Below the pieces are notes generated by a model that was given only the letters and a program-made list of their open reading frames with translations, was not told the origin of the DNA and did no database searches. Of a DNA stretch of 64,000 nt, positions 27,361 to 39,639 are shown piece by piece. How positions within the stretch are numbered: the stretch's first letter is position 1; each line of letters begins with the position of its first letter. The position numbers and the translations under genes were made by a program. Origin of the DNA: Epiperipatus broadwayi (lineage: Eukaryota; Animalia; Onychophora); NCBI GenBank assembly GCA_028023455.1, contig JAQFVV010000004.1, positions 18,600,001 to 18,664,000 of the forward strand, read 5' to 3'.

Positions 27361-28202
27361 TTTTAGATGATAAAGGCTGCTTGATGGCATTTTACAGTGT
27401 TTAATACACATAAATATAACGTTATCTGACATTTTTTCTGATGTTATTTACTTTTTTTAATTAATGTATTTTAGTTAAATGAAATAAATAATAATATCTT
27501 AACAAAAAAATTTTTTTATTATTTCAACCAAATAAATAAGAAATCTTTATTTTAATATTTATAAACATTCAATAGCAATCAAATTATTAACAAACAACAT
27601 TTCCAACTTGTTGAAAATTTTGGTGAAAAAAATGGTTTTTTTTTTTTTTGGAATTAAAAACCAAAAAAAATCCAAACATTTAAACAAAAGCACTAACAGA
27701 TAACTCATTTATTACTTGTCATTTCTTTTATAATCGTCAAGAATAGATCTTCTCCCTTGTGGAGATGCCTCCACATAAATTCAGACAAGAAGTCGTTGAC
27801 TAGTTTACATAGCACGCCGCGCTGTTTTTTATTTCTCCACTTAAGCAACCTCCATAGTCGCTCGATGTTTTGAGTGTGAGTGCCTGTTGTGGGTCCATGA
27901 AATTGTATCTGTTATCCCTCAGTTAATGTCTAAGAGAATTAATTTCAAATGCATATTTTAAAATAACAGCTTTAAATACAGACACGCTTAAATGATATGG
28001 TAAAGCATTAAAAAATGCAAGTTTTCGCAGCAAGACTGTAACAATACGTCCAAGACATATTACACTAGCCAAATGAGGATTGAGAGAAATTCACAAACCG
28101 CATTAAACAGCTGTTTTACATGCCACTTAAAGGGCCTCGTAAACAACATTAATGTGGTTTTGACTAGCAACAATGCCATCAGGCGACTTGTATCATCTAA
28201 AT
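27361..28202 (-). mobile_element. Second Merlin/ISXO2-like remnant (different family) within imperfect ~30-bp inverted repeats
   Basis: Minus strand about 27700-27908: YNFMDP/(frameshift)TTGTHTQNIERLWRLLKWRNKKQRG...FLSEFMWRH. Flanks TTTTAGATGATAAAGGCTGCTTGATGGCATT vs reverse complement TTTTAGATGATACAAGTCGCCTGATGGCATT. Confidence 0.7.
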
Positions 28203-29087
28203 ATAAAGTAGCCTTCTCAAAATTAATGAATTAAATTTTCCTTCCTATTGCTATATACTTCCCAATAAGTCTTCTATTATTCTCATTAAATTTCTTGCTT
28301 ATTTAGCTTTTATAAATCCAAGCTTATCTAATGTGTGTGTTTAATACTATCAGTAATATTTTATTATGAGAAAATATAATTTGTTTTAAAAGCCTCAAAT
28401 TTTATTATATTTGATATTATCCAATCATAAATTATTTTACAAATACTAATTCTCTTAGAGCTTTCATAAATTTTGTTTTATCAATTTTTTTAATTTTACC
28501 TGACTTCAGTTGAAGCTTTTACAATCTAATCTGCTTTTTCAGCTCAGCTCCTTATTCCATTACTTACCACACTTTTTTCAATTAATAGTGAAGTCTATTT
28601 CTATCGTACAAATTATAAGCTCTTAACTTTTTTTCAATACATCTATCCTCTATACTAATAACGTGTGATTCTTTGTTTCAATAGTTTCATTTCTGCAAAT
28701 GATCAAAGTCTTTCATTCTACTAAATGTTAAATTAAACCCTAATATTAATTATAATTTCTTTATCTCACTACATTATTATTCATAATATGTCTCTATTTA
28801 CTTTTAAGCCACAGTTACATATAATAAAAACGTTTGTACACTTGTCTGCTTTTTTCTCTTGACTATCATTCTATTCATTTCATTGTTAATACTAGACTTT
28901 TGCTTTTTTTTTTTTGTCCTTTTTACATATTTTGTTATTAAATATTTGAAAACCAGGCACTCTTCACAAACCTGGGAGCTTAATTGTAAGTATAGAGGAT
29001 TTGAACTCAGATTTTCAAGCACCCTTCAACTATCCACACTAACTCATACAACTTATACACATAACCACACACATGTAGAAAAGATTT

Positions 29088-29146
29088 ATAATCACCAATA
29101 TAAGTATTTCATGCTAAACCAGCACTCATCAGTTGGTCCAGATTAT
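29088..29146 (-). ncRNA. Type I hammerhead ribozyme, copy 1 (sense to cadherin pre-mRNA; helix III palindrome broken)
   Basis: ATAATC-TGG-ACCAA CTGATGA GTGCT-GGTTT-AGCAT GAAA TACT TA TA TTGGT-GATTAT on the minus strand. Confidence 0.75.
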
Positions 29147-29417
29147 CATCTCTCACACATATATATAATCAATGCTCAGTTTATATTAAGATAGCAAATC
29201 TTCATACTTTAATGGACAGGCTTCAATCCACTGCAACCTCCAACTTTTCAGCCATATATATCATCAGTATGGGATTTGAGTTTTCATCATCAGATTTTCA
29301 ATGATATGGATGGCTGAAAAGTTGGAGGTTGCAGTGAAGCCTGTCCATTAAAGTATGAAGATTTGCTATCTTAATATAAACTGAGCATTGATTATATATA
29401 TATGTGTGTGAGAGATG

Positions 29418-29476
29418 ATAATCTGGACCAACTGATGAGTGTTGGTTTAGCATGAAATACGTATATTGGTGATTAT
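29418..29476 (+). ncRNA. Type I hammerhead ribozyme, copy 2
   Basis: Helix I ACCAA/TTGGT plus ATAATC/GATTAT with TGG bulge; CTGATGA at 29432; helix II GTGTT/AGCAT; GAAA at 29454; palindromic helix III ATACGTAT; predicted cut after AUA at 29465. Confidence 0.8.
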
Positions 29477-29899
29477 AAATCTTTTCTACATGTGTGTGGT
29501 CATGTGTATCAGTTGTATGAGATAGTGTGGATAGTTGAAGGGTGCTTGAAAATCTGAGTTCAAATCCTCTATACTTAACAATTAAGCTCCCAGGTTTGTG
29601 AAGAGTGCCTGGTTTTCAAATATTTACATATCAAGCTTGTATCCTGTCCATCCCTCTTATATGTATTTAATGGATACTGTCCTATACATGAGGGGTCAGA
29701 GTGACTTCAGGTCAACATGGGCATGGCAATAATATTAGCATCAGCATGGGATTTGAGTTATCATCATCAGATTTTCAATGATATGGATGGCTGAAAAGTT
29801 GGAGGTTGCAGTGGACTGAAGCCTGTCCATTAAAGTATGAAGATTTGCTATCTTAATATAAACTGAGCATTGATTATATATACATGTGTGTGAGAGATG

Positions 29900-29958
29900 A
29901 TAATCTGGACCAACTGATGAGTGCTGGTTTAGCATGAAATACGTATATTGGTGATTAT
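29900..29958 (+). ncRNA. Type I hammerhead ribozyme, copy 3 (best match to consensus)
   Basis: CTGATGA at 29914; helix II GTGCT/AGCAT (G10.1.U11.1 wobble); GAAA at 29936; ATACGTAT palindrome; predicted cut after 29947. Confidence 0.82.
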
Positions 29959-31159
29959 AAATCTTTTCTACATGTGTGTCGTCATGTGTATCAGTTGTAT
30001 GAGATAGTGTGGATAGTTGAAGAGTGCTTGAAAATCTGAGTTCAAATCCTCTATACTTATATTTTGTTATTGTAATAAAACTTTTTAAAAAAAAAATTTT
30101 TTTTTTTTAATATTTCAAATCTTTCATTGGAATTTTCATTAAAAATTTAATATCATTATTCTGAAATCCTGTTTCTTGACCTTTTTCAAATTATGAAATT
30201 TTATAGATTTGAACAAAATCATTCAGATAATTATTACAATAGAAATGGAAAACACTAAGAAATAAACTATACTTATTGTTTAAAAATATTAATTACAAAT
30301 TAAATAATAGTAATTGAACAAAGTTAAATATAATTTAAATGTAATTTAATAGTAAATATTGCTTTTAAAAAAAAAAATTTTAACCATTACTCACATTTAT
30401 TTGATTATAAAAAAATTTTGCATTGCATATGTGGAGAAAATATAATAAAAGTTGTGTTATTTTGTCAAAAGGGCTAATTTGTTCTTTCACACACAATGTG
30501 GACTCATTAGACTTGCATATTCTTAAGTTATCAGATGTTAGACAATTTATTATTACTGCTTTTAGATTGATATTTCTTTTAAGGACAAATTTTTAGCAGA
30601 ATTGCCAATATTTTTGATTTTATATTTCATATATTGAAGCAATGGATCTGAAGTCCAATCCATGCTTCACATCTTCCTATAAACTTGATTAATATTGTAA
30701 ACCTAAATTAAGTTTATAGGCCAATATCAGCAGGGTTTTGCATTACAGCTAAAATTAATTACGTTTATTAAATTTGTATTTGCTTGTTCTTTTAAATAAA
30801 TTCCATTGTAACATTAAATTGCTGTTAAAAATATTACTTGTGAAAACCGTTTAGTCAAACATATATATACGTCAAGCATATATATATATGAGTTAATGCA
30901 AAATTCTGCTGAAATAAAACGCTTATTGTATTAAAAGAAATAGGAATGTATTTTACTTTTAAATCTTGTTCAAATATTTGGTATGATTTGATTTTGAGAT
31001 AAGCCCACCAACATTTTCTAAAAGAATGTATATTTTTAATTAGTTAAGCCCATTCAAGTCAAATTAAAGATGGCCTTCTCTTTCTTTTTTTAATTAATAA
31101 AATCCCAAAGTTTAAAGAAAGAAATTTAGAGTAAAAAAGTAAAAGTTATTTTTAGAAGG

Positions 31160-31839
31160 TGTTACTTTGAAACAAAGGAGCATGGGGAGGCTTATCAAGA
31201 TCTCAGGTCATACAAACAATAGAAGGTAGCTGACAGAGAGGGTATAAATAAATGGGAGAACAAAAGACAAGGCATTTCAGATTTGCCCTTTTGAAAAAGA
31301 TCAGTCAATCAGAGTTTCCTTTTGGAACAAGTCAAGCAGATTTTCCTTTTGGAAAAGATCAGTCATTCAGATTTTCCTTTTGGAAAAGATTATTCATTCA
31401 GAGTATTCTTGCGGGCGGTCAGATTGCTCCGTGGAGAACTTTAGAAATTTTGCTGTTGCCTGTTGTGATTTTATTATATGAATTCGATGGAGTCTACCAT
31501 GCTTGGCTAGGCAAATAAATAACTTTGTCTACCGCCGAGGGTTCCTCAATACCAGAAAAATGCCGTAGTATTTACTCAATCGTCATCTGAACTCTGTGCC
31601 GTGTCTGGAGGACTTTTTGTGAAACCATGCGACCGATTTCCACTTTCCTTGTCCGGACAAACACATCTCATCAGACGGATCAAGCTACGCCCGTCGATGG
31701 AACATGACCAAGGAATAAGGACGGTAATCATATCTCTCCTCATGAACTATTTATTATGCTACCCTTTTTGTCCATACTTTTTATAATTGCTTTCTGGAAT
31801 ATTTATGAAATGTGTGCTTAATGATATTTATAATGTAAC
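31160..31839 (+). mobile_element. Possible solo LTR
   Basis: TGTTAC...GTAAC ends, TATAAATA at about 31243, internal ~30-bp tandem repeats (cagattttccttttggaaaagatcagtcatt), CpG-rich; no TSD found. Confidence 0.3.
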
Positions 31840-34800
31840 TATTTTTATTAGACTAGTTAGATATATGTATATGTGATCATCTATCTAGATAGTTAACCCC
31901 TTTTTCTTCGCTATTCTTCATTACTCCCATGTGTAAATATTTTAATTCTATTGCGGTTAAGTTTATTAGTTAATTGTTCATATAAAAATCCCTTTCCAGT
32001 TTTATTCATACTTGTAAAATTTAGTACGAGTAAGTTTCCTTTTTTTTTTGTTTGCCAACTTGATCTCCTCGATAACGCTTCTTTTGTCCGCCATTAGCTT
32101 CTTACGTATGTCAGATTTAGCGATATACATCTTAAATGATATTAAACTCTGTTTTAGTGCAAAGCAATTAGAAACTGCTTTGCGAAAGATTTTTATTATT
32201 GCACTTTATCGAGCAGATTCGAGTTGACAATGTTTAATAAAACTGGGAAGGAAAGATTTTGACCGCAAGCATATTAATCGGGTTTTCATTGTCTCATTAG
32301 TATTCACAAATTTCGGGGAATAGCGAAGGCCATTAAATTATTAAAAATATTTCAAATGTCATTTATTAAAGATATTTATTTAACTAAAAAAAGCTTGAGT
32401 TTGCTAGTTATATTTCAATGCTTTGTTTCACTTTTAAATGATCCAGGCACGCAGAACACATATTTCTAAGTATTTTTGCACATTTTAACTATGTTAGCTC
32501 CGTAGGTGGTTCTGTCCATGTCTCCCGCTGATGCTAAGCTCATGGCTCGGGAAGAAAATATCTATGCGTGTCTCAGATAGTGTTGTTCGGTTCATGATAG
32601 CTTCGAGACTAGACGAATAGGGCAGAGGTCATAGTATTCTTGGTTTAATATCTCGCATATGGGTGGCCTCGAGGTACTTTTGCCTAGTATTCGAGCTGGG
32701 TTAAATCAACATACATCATCTGACTGTTACAATATAGTAGAAAAACAGTTATACGTAAACTGATTTGAATTTTTTAATCAATTCAATTTTATGGACATTT
32801 TATTTAGTATAGAACTGCAATTTTTTTTTTGTTGTTGTTGTTTTTATTATTTTATATGCAGTTGAGAATCAATATCAGATACATTAAATTGATATGATTT
32901 TTAACATTTTTTTCTTAATGAGTTCGACTCTGTGCACATGTTTGCTAAATTATGATGATAGGTTTAAAAGTAAATGGATATTAGAAGTTTACTTTATTTG
33001 TTTTAAGAATAAGTATTTGGCACAGCATTGAGAATCAAAACACTTATGTAGAAAATAATTAAATATGTTCTAATCTGGGGTTTGTTTTTTTTTTAGTAAC
33101 TTAATTTTCTCAAAAATTAGTGTATTATAGAACTTGCAATTGTTAGATATAAAAGTGAATATTAAATTTTTCAAATTTGTCGGTTTTGAATAATGATATT
33201 CAATCTGTATTCATACTATTTTCTTATTTAACAAATTTACATTTTTCCCCTTTATGTCCTCCTTTAATTTAATAATAATAGTACAATTTCTTTTATGACT
33301 TAAAACTTGCAATATTTGAAAAAATTAACTTCAATTATTCACTATCAAACTGTGATCAGCTATAGGATAAACTCAGCCATTCTTAATACTATTTTAAAAT
33401 TATTTCTTATCTTATGGTAAGCAAAGTATGTTATTATCATCTGGAATATCATGTATTCATTACTAATTTTAATTTCTCTACAAAATCTCATCAATATTTC
33501 ACCATTTTTACTTAATGCCCTTACACTATAATAATCTACAATATTGCTATTTCAATGATCTACCACAGAACCAATGTCATTATACAACAAATTTTGTATC
33601 CATTTTCAATTATTTCTTTATATAATGTCCTGTCCCTACACATCATGTGTGATGGATAGCAAATACATCTAAATAAATCACCAGATTCATTCTCAGAACA
33701 TTCCTCAGCTTTGTCAATAATAATCTACTTTACTAGACTAGTAAAATAAAATTATCTCATTCCTAAAACAATGTGCACCACTACATTTACTTTTAAAATA
33801 AAAATAAATGTTCACTCTTCTATAACTTTCTTTTCACAACACAACAATTTTATTTTACAGACCTATAGCATCTTACTTTTTCCTTCATGACTTTAACATT
33901 TTGTATCCCAATTCTAAACATTAGTTGTTGTTTTTTTAATTAAAAGCTGTAAATCGGAATAATATGCTTAATACTAGGCATCAACTACTCTCCCTTTGGA
34001 GATATTTTAATTGTTTCCCAGTATATATTGCATCACTTAATTAATATCTACAACATAAGATTTAAATAACACATAATCAACATGACCAAATTATTTATAT
34101 ATATATATAGTTATTACAATTTTATTTTAAAGATGGCGAACTTTTTGCATTCACAACTATGATTCCATTGTCCCCAGAAAAATACCTTAATAATTTTTTT
34201 TTTTTTTTTAAAGCTGGAAATTATATGATTTTTAGCCCAGATACATTTTTAAACTTTTTTTTCCATATATAATTTCTGAAACATGCTTGTATTTTCCATT
34301 TGTCACATATTTTAATCATGTAATTAAAATATATGTAATAAAATAGATATTTACAATTTAAATAGAAGATTTTATCAGAGTTTGTACATTTAAATGTTAG
34401 AATTTAACAGGAATTTTACATGTGTTTCAGCTTGCAATGCCTGTTTTTAATTAGTATTTTGCTAATAAAGCAAAGTGTATTACATCATAAATGAAAATTT
34501 ATTTATAAAAATACACAGAGAAATCCATTCAATTTCTAACATTTAAATATATGTATATGCAATAAAAAATTTACATACATTATTAAAACAATCTGCAACT
34601 AAACAAATCAATATATATAAATGAGATCTATGTAAATATGTAATATATATCTTTATAAACTATCATTTGAAAATTATTACATTTAAAATGTTGCAACATA
34701 TAACATTCTTCTAATAATTAACAATAGTATTTTTAAGAATGGTTTCCCTACAAACTCAAAATATCATTTAGAAATATAACTCTACAGCAAAATAAAAATA

Positions 34801-35093
34801 AATGATAAGAAATGACAATATTGAGAATAGTACCAATACATATAAGAATATTATTAGAATACAGAAGTCAGAGATTAGTGTTTATTTCAAGTCTACATTG
34901 CACTTTGATTAGACAGTTGCTTGCATTAAATTTTACTCAGATAAAATTATATATATAAAGTTATTTGTTTTTAAAAAATAAAATAAAATGAAAATATTAA
35001 AATACAAATAGAATAAACAAGCAGTAGTCATTTCACTATTTCAACAGGTATTGGTATTATTATTTTTTTAATTTGATTAGGTGTTAATATATA

Positions 35094-36282
35094 CAACTGG
35101 GTTTCTTTTTATGTGGTAGATAGGTTCCACAGAAAACCCGCATTAAAAAAATCACATAAAAATAGACTTAACTTACATTGAAAAATGTGGGATATGTTCC
35201 TTAATTTTCAGAAATCACGTAAAACCAAAGCAAAAAGGTAAAATTACTTTAAAATTCGCATAAAAAAAAATAAGGAAATTAAGTATGACTAATAAAAAAT
35301 TTCAAATATTTGAAAAAAATTGATGGAAGACAAACTTTTTTTATTAGCTATATAATTTTATTCAAAACAATATATTTTTATGTTGTAATTTATTTTACAT
35401 TTTTTCATACATATTTTAATCATTATCGCTATTTGACAATATGCGGAGTTCGTTTGTGAACTGGTAAGAAATCAAATTTGTCACCAGAGGAAATACAATT
35501 AGCACCAACTTCAATCTCGTGCTGTGTTAATGGTTTTCTGTCGACAATGTAATCGGTAATTAAACTTTCAGACGATGATTTTACTAATTGTTTATGAAGC
35601 TCGCAATATCCAGACTTCTATGTCTAGCTGTTAGAGAATGCACTTCCATGAGTGCAACTATATATATATAACATGCTTCCACGAGGGTGTTAATAATGAC
35701 TAACAGTTAAATTTTCTTTTATACACATATATATATGGAGAAACTTTTAGACAGAAAAAAGTTACAAGTAAAAATATTTAAAAACTTTTAAAGATACATT
35801 CTTTTTAAGTAAAAATTATAAATTGTAACTTTTTTCTGTCTAAAAGTTTCTCCATGTATATATATGTATAAAAGGAAATATAAATATATGCAAACATAAT
35901 ACAGACACAACTATTTAGCTCTCGTTGAAATTTAAAAGTTCATTCATAATTCGTGTCATTAAAAAAGAAAATGATTTTCCAATTGATTAGAAAGATGCAG
36001 ACTTTCTCCAATCATTTCTGCTGTGAAACGAGGGTCCCCTTCTGTTTATATTTTTCTAAATCTTCTAAGGTATCTAAACTTATTGCCAAACCTTTTTCCA
36101 ACAGGCATTTAAAGTATGTAAAATTTAATGCGTGTATATAAAATGGGAAAAATCCCAATTTTAAGTGCAATATGAACTTCTTTATCGCATAAAAGAAAAC
36201 CGCATAAAAAGATATTAAGAAACATGAATCGCATAACTTCAAAATCGCATTAAAAAAATCATCACAAAAAAAGACCCAGGTG
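35094..36282 (-). mobile_element. Tigger/pogo-derived non-autonomous element, copy 3
   Basis: TA|CAACTGGGTTTC...AAGACCCAGGTG|TA; colinear with copy 1 including the transposase remnant (ORFs 35953-36242) and the internal palindrome. Confidence 0.85.
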
Positions 36283-36754
36283 TAATTACATTAAAAAGTG
36301 TTTACTTGAATGCATATTTTTCTACAATAGAAATAGCCTTATTGTTTGATTCAGACTAAACAAGTTCAAAGATGCTGCAGCATTATTTATCATTAAATAA
36401 ATATTTTGTCGAATTCTAGGTTTATTTCTGTAATAATCCTTGCCCAGTTAAAATAGATATATGAATAAATAATTTTTAAACTCTTAATCTGACATCAATT
36501 TGATGTTTGTAAAAAATTCACTAATTTTTACAACATTGCCTTTCATTAAAAAGAGGTTACCAAATAAAATTTTTAATAATCTCAAATTTGATTGAGATTT
36601 CATGAAATATAAATGAAGTTAACGTTAAATTTAAATAAGCTTTTGAAAAGGTCCTTAAAATTAATTCTCTTTACAACTGCCAATATGCCTAAAATAAAGA
36701 GTTATTCAATAATCTTATATGACTTATTTTTAAAATACACATAATTTAACTTAC

Positions 36755-36941
36755 ATACAAAAGGCCTGCCTCCACATGTCCACACAAATAAAGTTTTCTG
36801 GGCAAATAAAGTTGAAACATGGATCCAATGAAGAACATCCATTTATGATATGTTGGTCAATAAGAATTTCTGCTTTTTTACTTCCCTCTGTGCGATCCAA
36901 TGGTAAATATTCATTATCAAAGCGAATATCTTGCAAACAGC
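36755..36941 (-). CDS. CadN: Neural-cadherin-like exon: LamG2 end and EGF start (GCLQDIRFDNEYLPL...GCSSLDPCFNFICPENFICVDMWRQAFC)
   Basis: Acceptor tttttaag|GC, donor AT|gtaagt; 187 nt. Confidence 0.94.
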
Positions 36942-38179
36942 CTTAAAAAGAAAGAAAACACTTTAATTGTATTAATATAGGTAATCTCAATCAACTTCAT
37001 TAGTTCAATTAATTGTAAAATTGCTCTGTAGGGTTTAGTTCAAAAATAAAGTGATGATTTTAGTGCTAAATGTTCCTAAATTGAAATCTGTTAGTCAAAC
37101 ATCACATGATCTCTTATGTAACAAATCACTTTTGATTTTTTTTTTTTACTACTAAATTAAAAGATTGTAATTTATTGTCATTTTAAATTAGCTAAAAGAA
37201 CTTTTTTAAAAAAAAATAGCATGTACATGCTACTAATTATAAAAACAATTCATTTAATCTTTTGTAATCAAACATGAATTTCTAATTAGATACACAACTC
37301 ATTCAAAATTAGTAGTTGATAAATAGAAAGGAGGAGAGGTTTCTTTTTCACACTCCATGGTTCCAAAAAATCATTTGACTATTGAATCTAAATAAAAGGA
37401 ATCAAATTATCCATAAAAAAAATAGTATCAATAATATTTAACCATTACTGTGGCACAATAAAAGTGTGTAGTGAGCCACATGAGACATCTGCTGTAGAAT
37501 ATATTCTACTTCAATTAATATTCCGCTCTCCCCAAAAAAACCTTGAATAAATAAAAATATTAAACTCAAAAATATAAATTTTACAAGTAAATCTCTATTA
37601 TTTATGGTATGACTGCAACTATTTTCCATATCCTTCACTAAATCTAGTTTTCAAATGTTGCAGTGTTAAAAATTTAAATGAACTTATTTATTGACGATAT
37701 TTTACTCATGTAAGTAAAATGAATTTTGTTTTCATCAAAAAATTAATTATAGTACAGTATTTCATTAAATGAAATCTTTTCTTATCATAACGCTAGCAAT
37801 TTTACATAATTTAAAAAAATTCATCTAATACTTTCTTTAAGCATAAAATAAATGTTATCCATTTAATAATGAAAGAAAAAAAACATTTTCCAAATTAGGT
37901 TCAAAAAGAATAAATCATCTATAAAAAAAAAAAAACAGAATGAAAAAAAAAAAACAAATTTGTGCCACAAGCATTGAATTTATATACAGAAGATAGGAAC
38001 CAGTAAAGTATTTCTGTAGCTAGACTGCTTTGTATTGCATCAGAAATTTTTAAAATTTGTATGCAAAGTTTAGAAAGAAATCTGAAATTCCAAGCAAATA
38101 ATTTCTAAATAATTAGTGCGAAATATCTGGTAATACTTTTCAAGAATATCATATTTACAAATTAAAAACAGCTTTTATT

Positions 38180-38530
38180 ATATATATATCACTATAACAC
38201 ACATCACCAGAAGATTAACATGGCATAAATACCTATAGAAAAGGGCTAAAGACCAATACAGCATATATGTCAGTATTCTTAGATCATGAAAAAAAACAGC
38301 CACCATTTTGATCCACAGAATGTCAAACTGGTATGTGTAGAGCGAGATGATAGAAAGATAAAGGAGGCTTGGTACATAGCAAATAATAATACAGCATTCA
38401 ATTATCAAATTGCTAAAATATGTAAATCAGATCATTTCATATTAATCTCAGTGGCTATAAAACAATACACAGAATTAAAAAAGATGGGTATGATTATGAT
38501 GCCCAGCACCAAAAATGGAAAGAAACATCA
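38180..38530 (+). mobile_element. Penelope-like element remnant: GIY-YIG endonuclease C-terminus plus degenerate HHR
   Basis: HHFDPQNVKLVCVERDDRKIKEAWYIANNNTAFN matches the PLE 'H.FD..NVKIL..E....RKIKEA..I.....LN' pattern; ATGATTATG-ATG-CCCAG-CACC-AAAA at 38490-38514. Confidence 0.65.
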
Positions 38531-39639
38531 CAGAAAGAAAAGGTACACTTCACAAAGCATATCAACATATATACGCAAAACTTATTACATATAATTAACA
38601 AAAGTTTAGAAGTATATGTACACTTAATACTTTAAAACTGGTAAATAAAAAAAACCTTTTTTTTTCTAGCACGTATTTAAAATCTATTTTAGAATATAAT
38701 TCTCTGTTCTTATGAATAAACTAGTATTAAAATTTTATTTATTCTATGTTTTTTATAATTTTAAATATGTCTTATGTTTTCTAATGATTACAGATTATTT
38801 TTTACAATAAATTCTAAGAATGATTTCAAAAATAGAATTACATTTTAAAAACAAGTAATATTATATGTTTTACAGCAATTTAAGTTTAGAAAATAGCGAT
38901 GTCATATTACAACAACTATGAAAACACACTAAATAATATTGAAAATTATCATTACATTTTTAGATCTTTTTATAATTTTGTGCACTGTAAAAAGGGTTTT
39001 ATATGTAAGTTTTCTATTCATAAAATGGTACATTGTTCTACAAAAATTCAATCATGATGGTCCAAAATTATATTCCACGAAATGTAAAGTGCATTCATTA
39101 TATATATCAAGAATGATTATTAAGCAAGAAATATAGAAAGTTATGTCCACGCACATATATCTAATCTGATATAAGAACTGGGAGTTATTTATAGTAATCT
39201 AATTATAATATTTATGCACAAATTGTTAAACATATAGCACTAAAAATTTTTTTGAAAATAAACTATTTCTAAATTATGTTATATTTATACACTTATACAC
39301 CCCTGCATGAGAAAGATATAAAATTTGCAAAAAAAAAAAAATCTATTATATATATAATTGTAATTTATATTACAGAAACATGTTTATGAATAAAAAAATT
39401 TTGAATTTGTAATAATTAATTTATATAAGAAAAAATTTTGCATAAAAAATTTGCTATAATTTGATTAACAAGTGTCAAACATACCCCACCCATTAACCTT
39501 GACACAAATAACTCAAATACAAATACAGTAATGATTATCACTAATCATTTACTAAACTAGAGATTAGTTCTAGTCCAGATATATAAATTTTAAAACTTCA
39601 GTTAAGGATTAATATATCTGATTTTTTTAATTAAGCACA

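Larger units (their letters stand above)
28940..30058. mobile_element. Hammerhead-bearing PLE-derived / retrozyme-like insertion (one inverted plus two tandem copies)
   Basis: 13-bp TSD ATATTTTGTTATT (28927-28939, 30059-30071); inverted arms 28939-29255 / 29310-29626; direct repeat 29261-29577 vs about 29739-30059; no intact ORF. Confidence 0.85.

Noticed and set aside
23451-36754. A second, mutually exclusive EGF/TM exon like Drosophila CadN 18a/18b
   Set aside because: No Cys-rich or TM-coding frame with splice sites seen on the minus strand in this intron (manual scan only).
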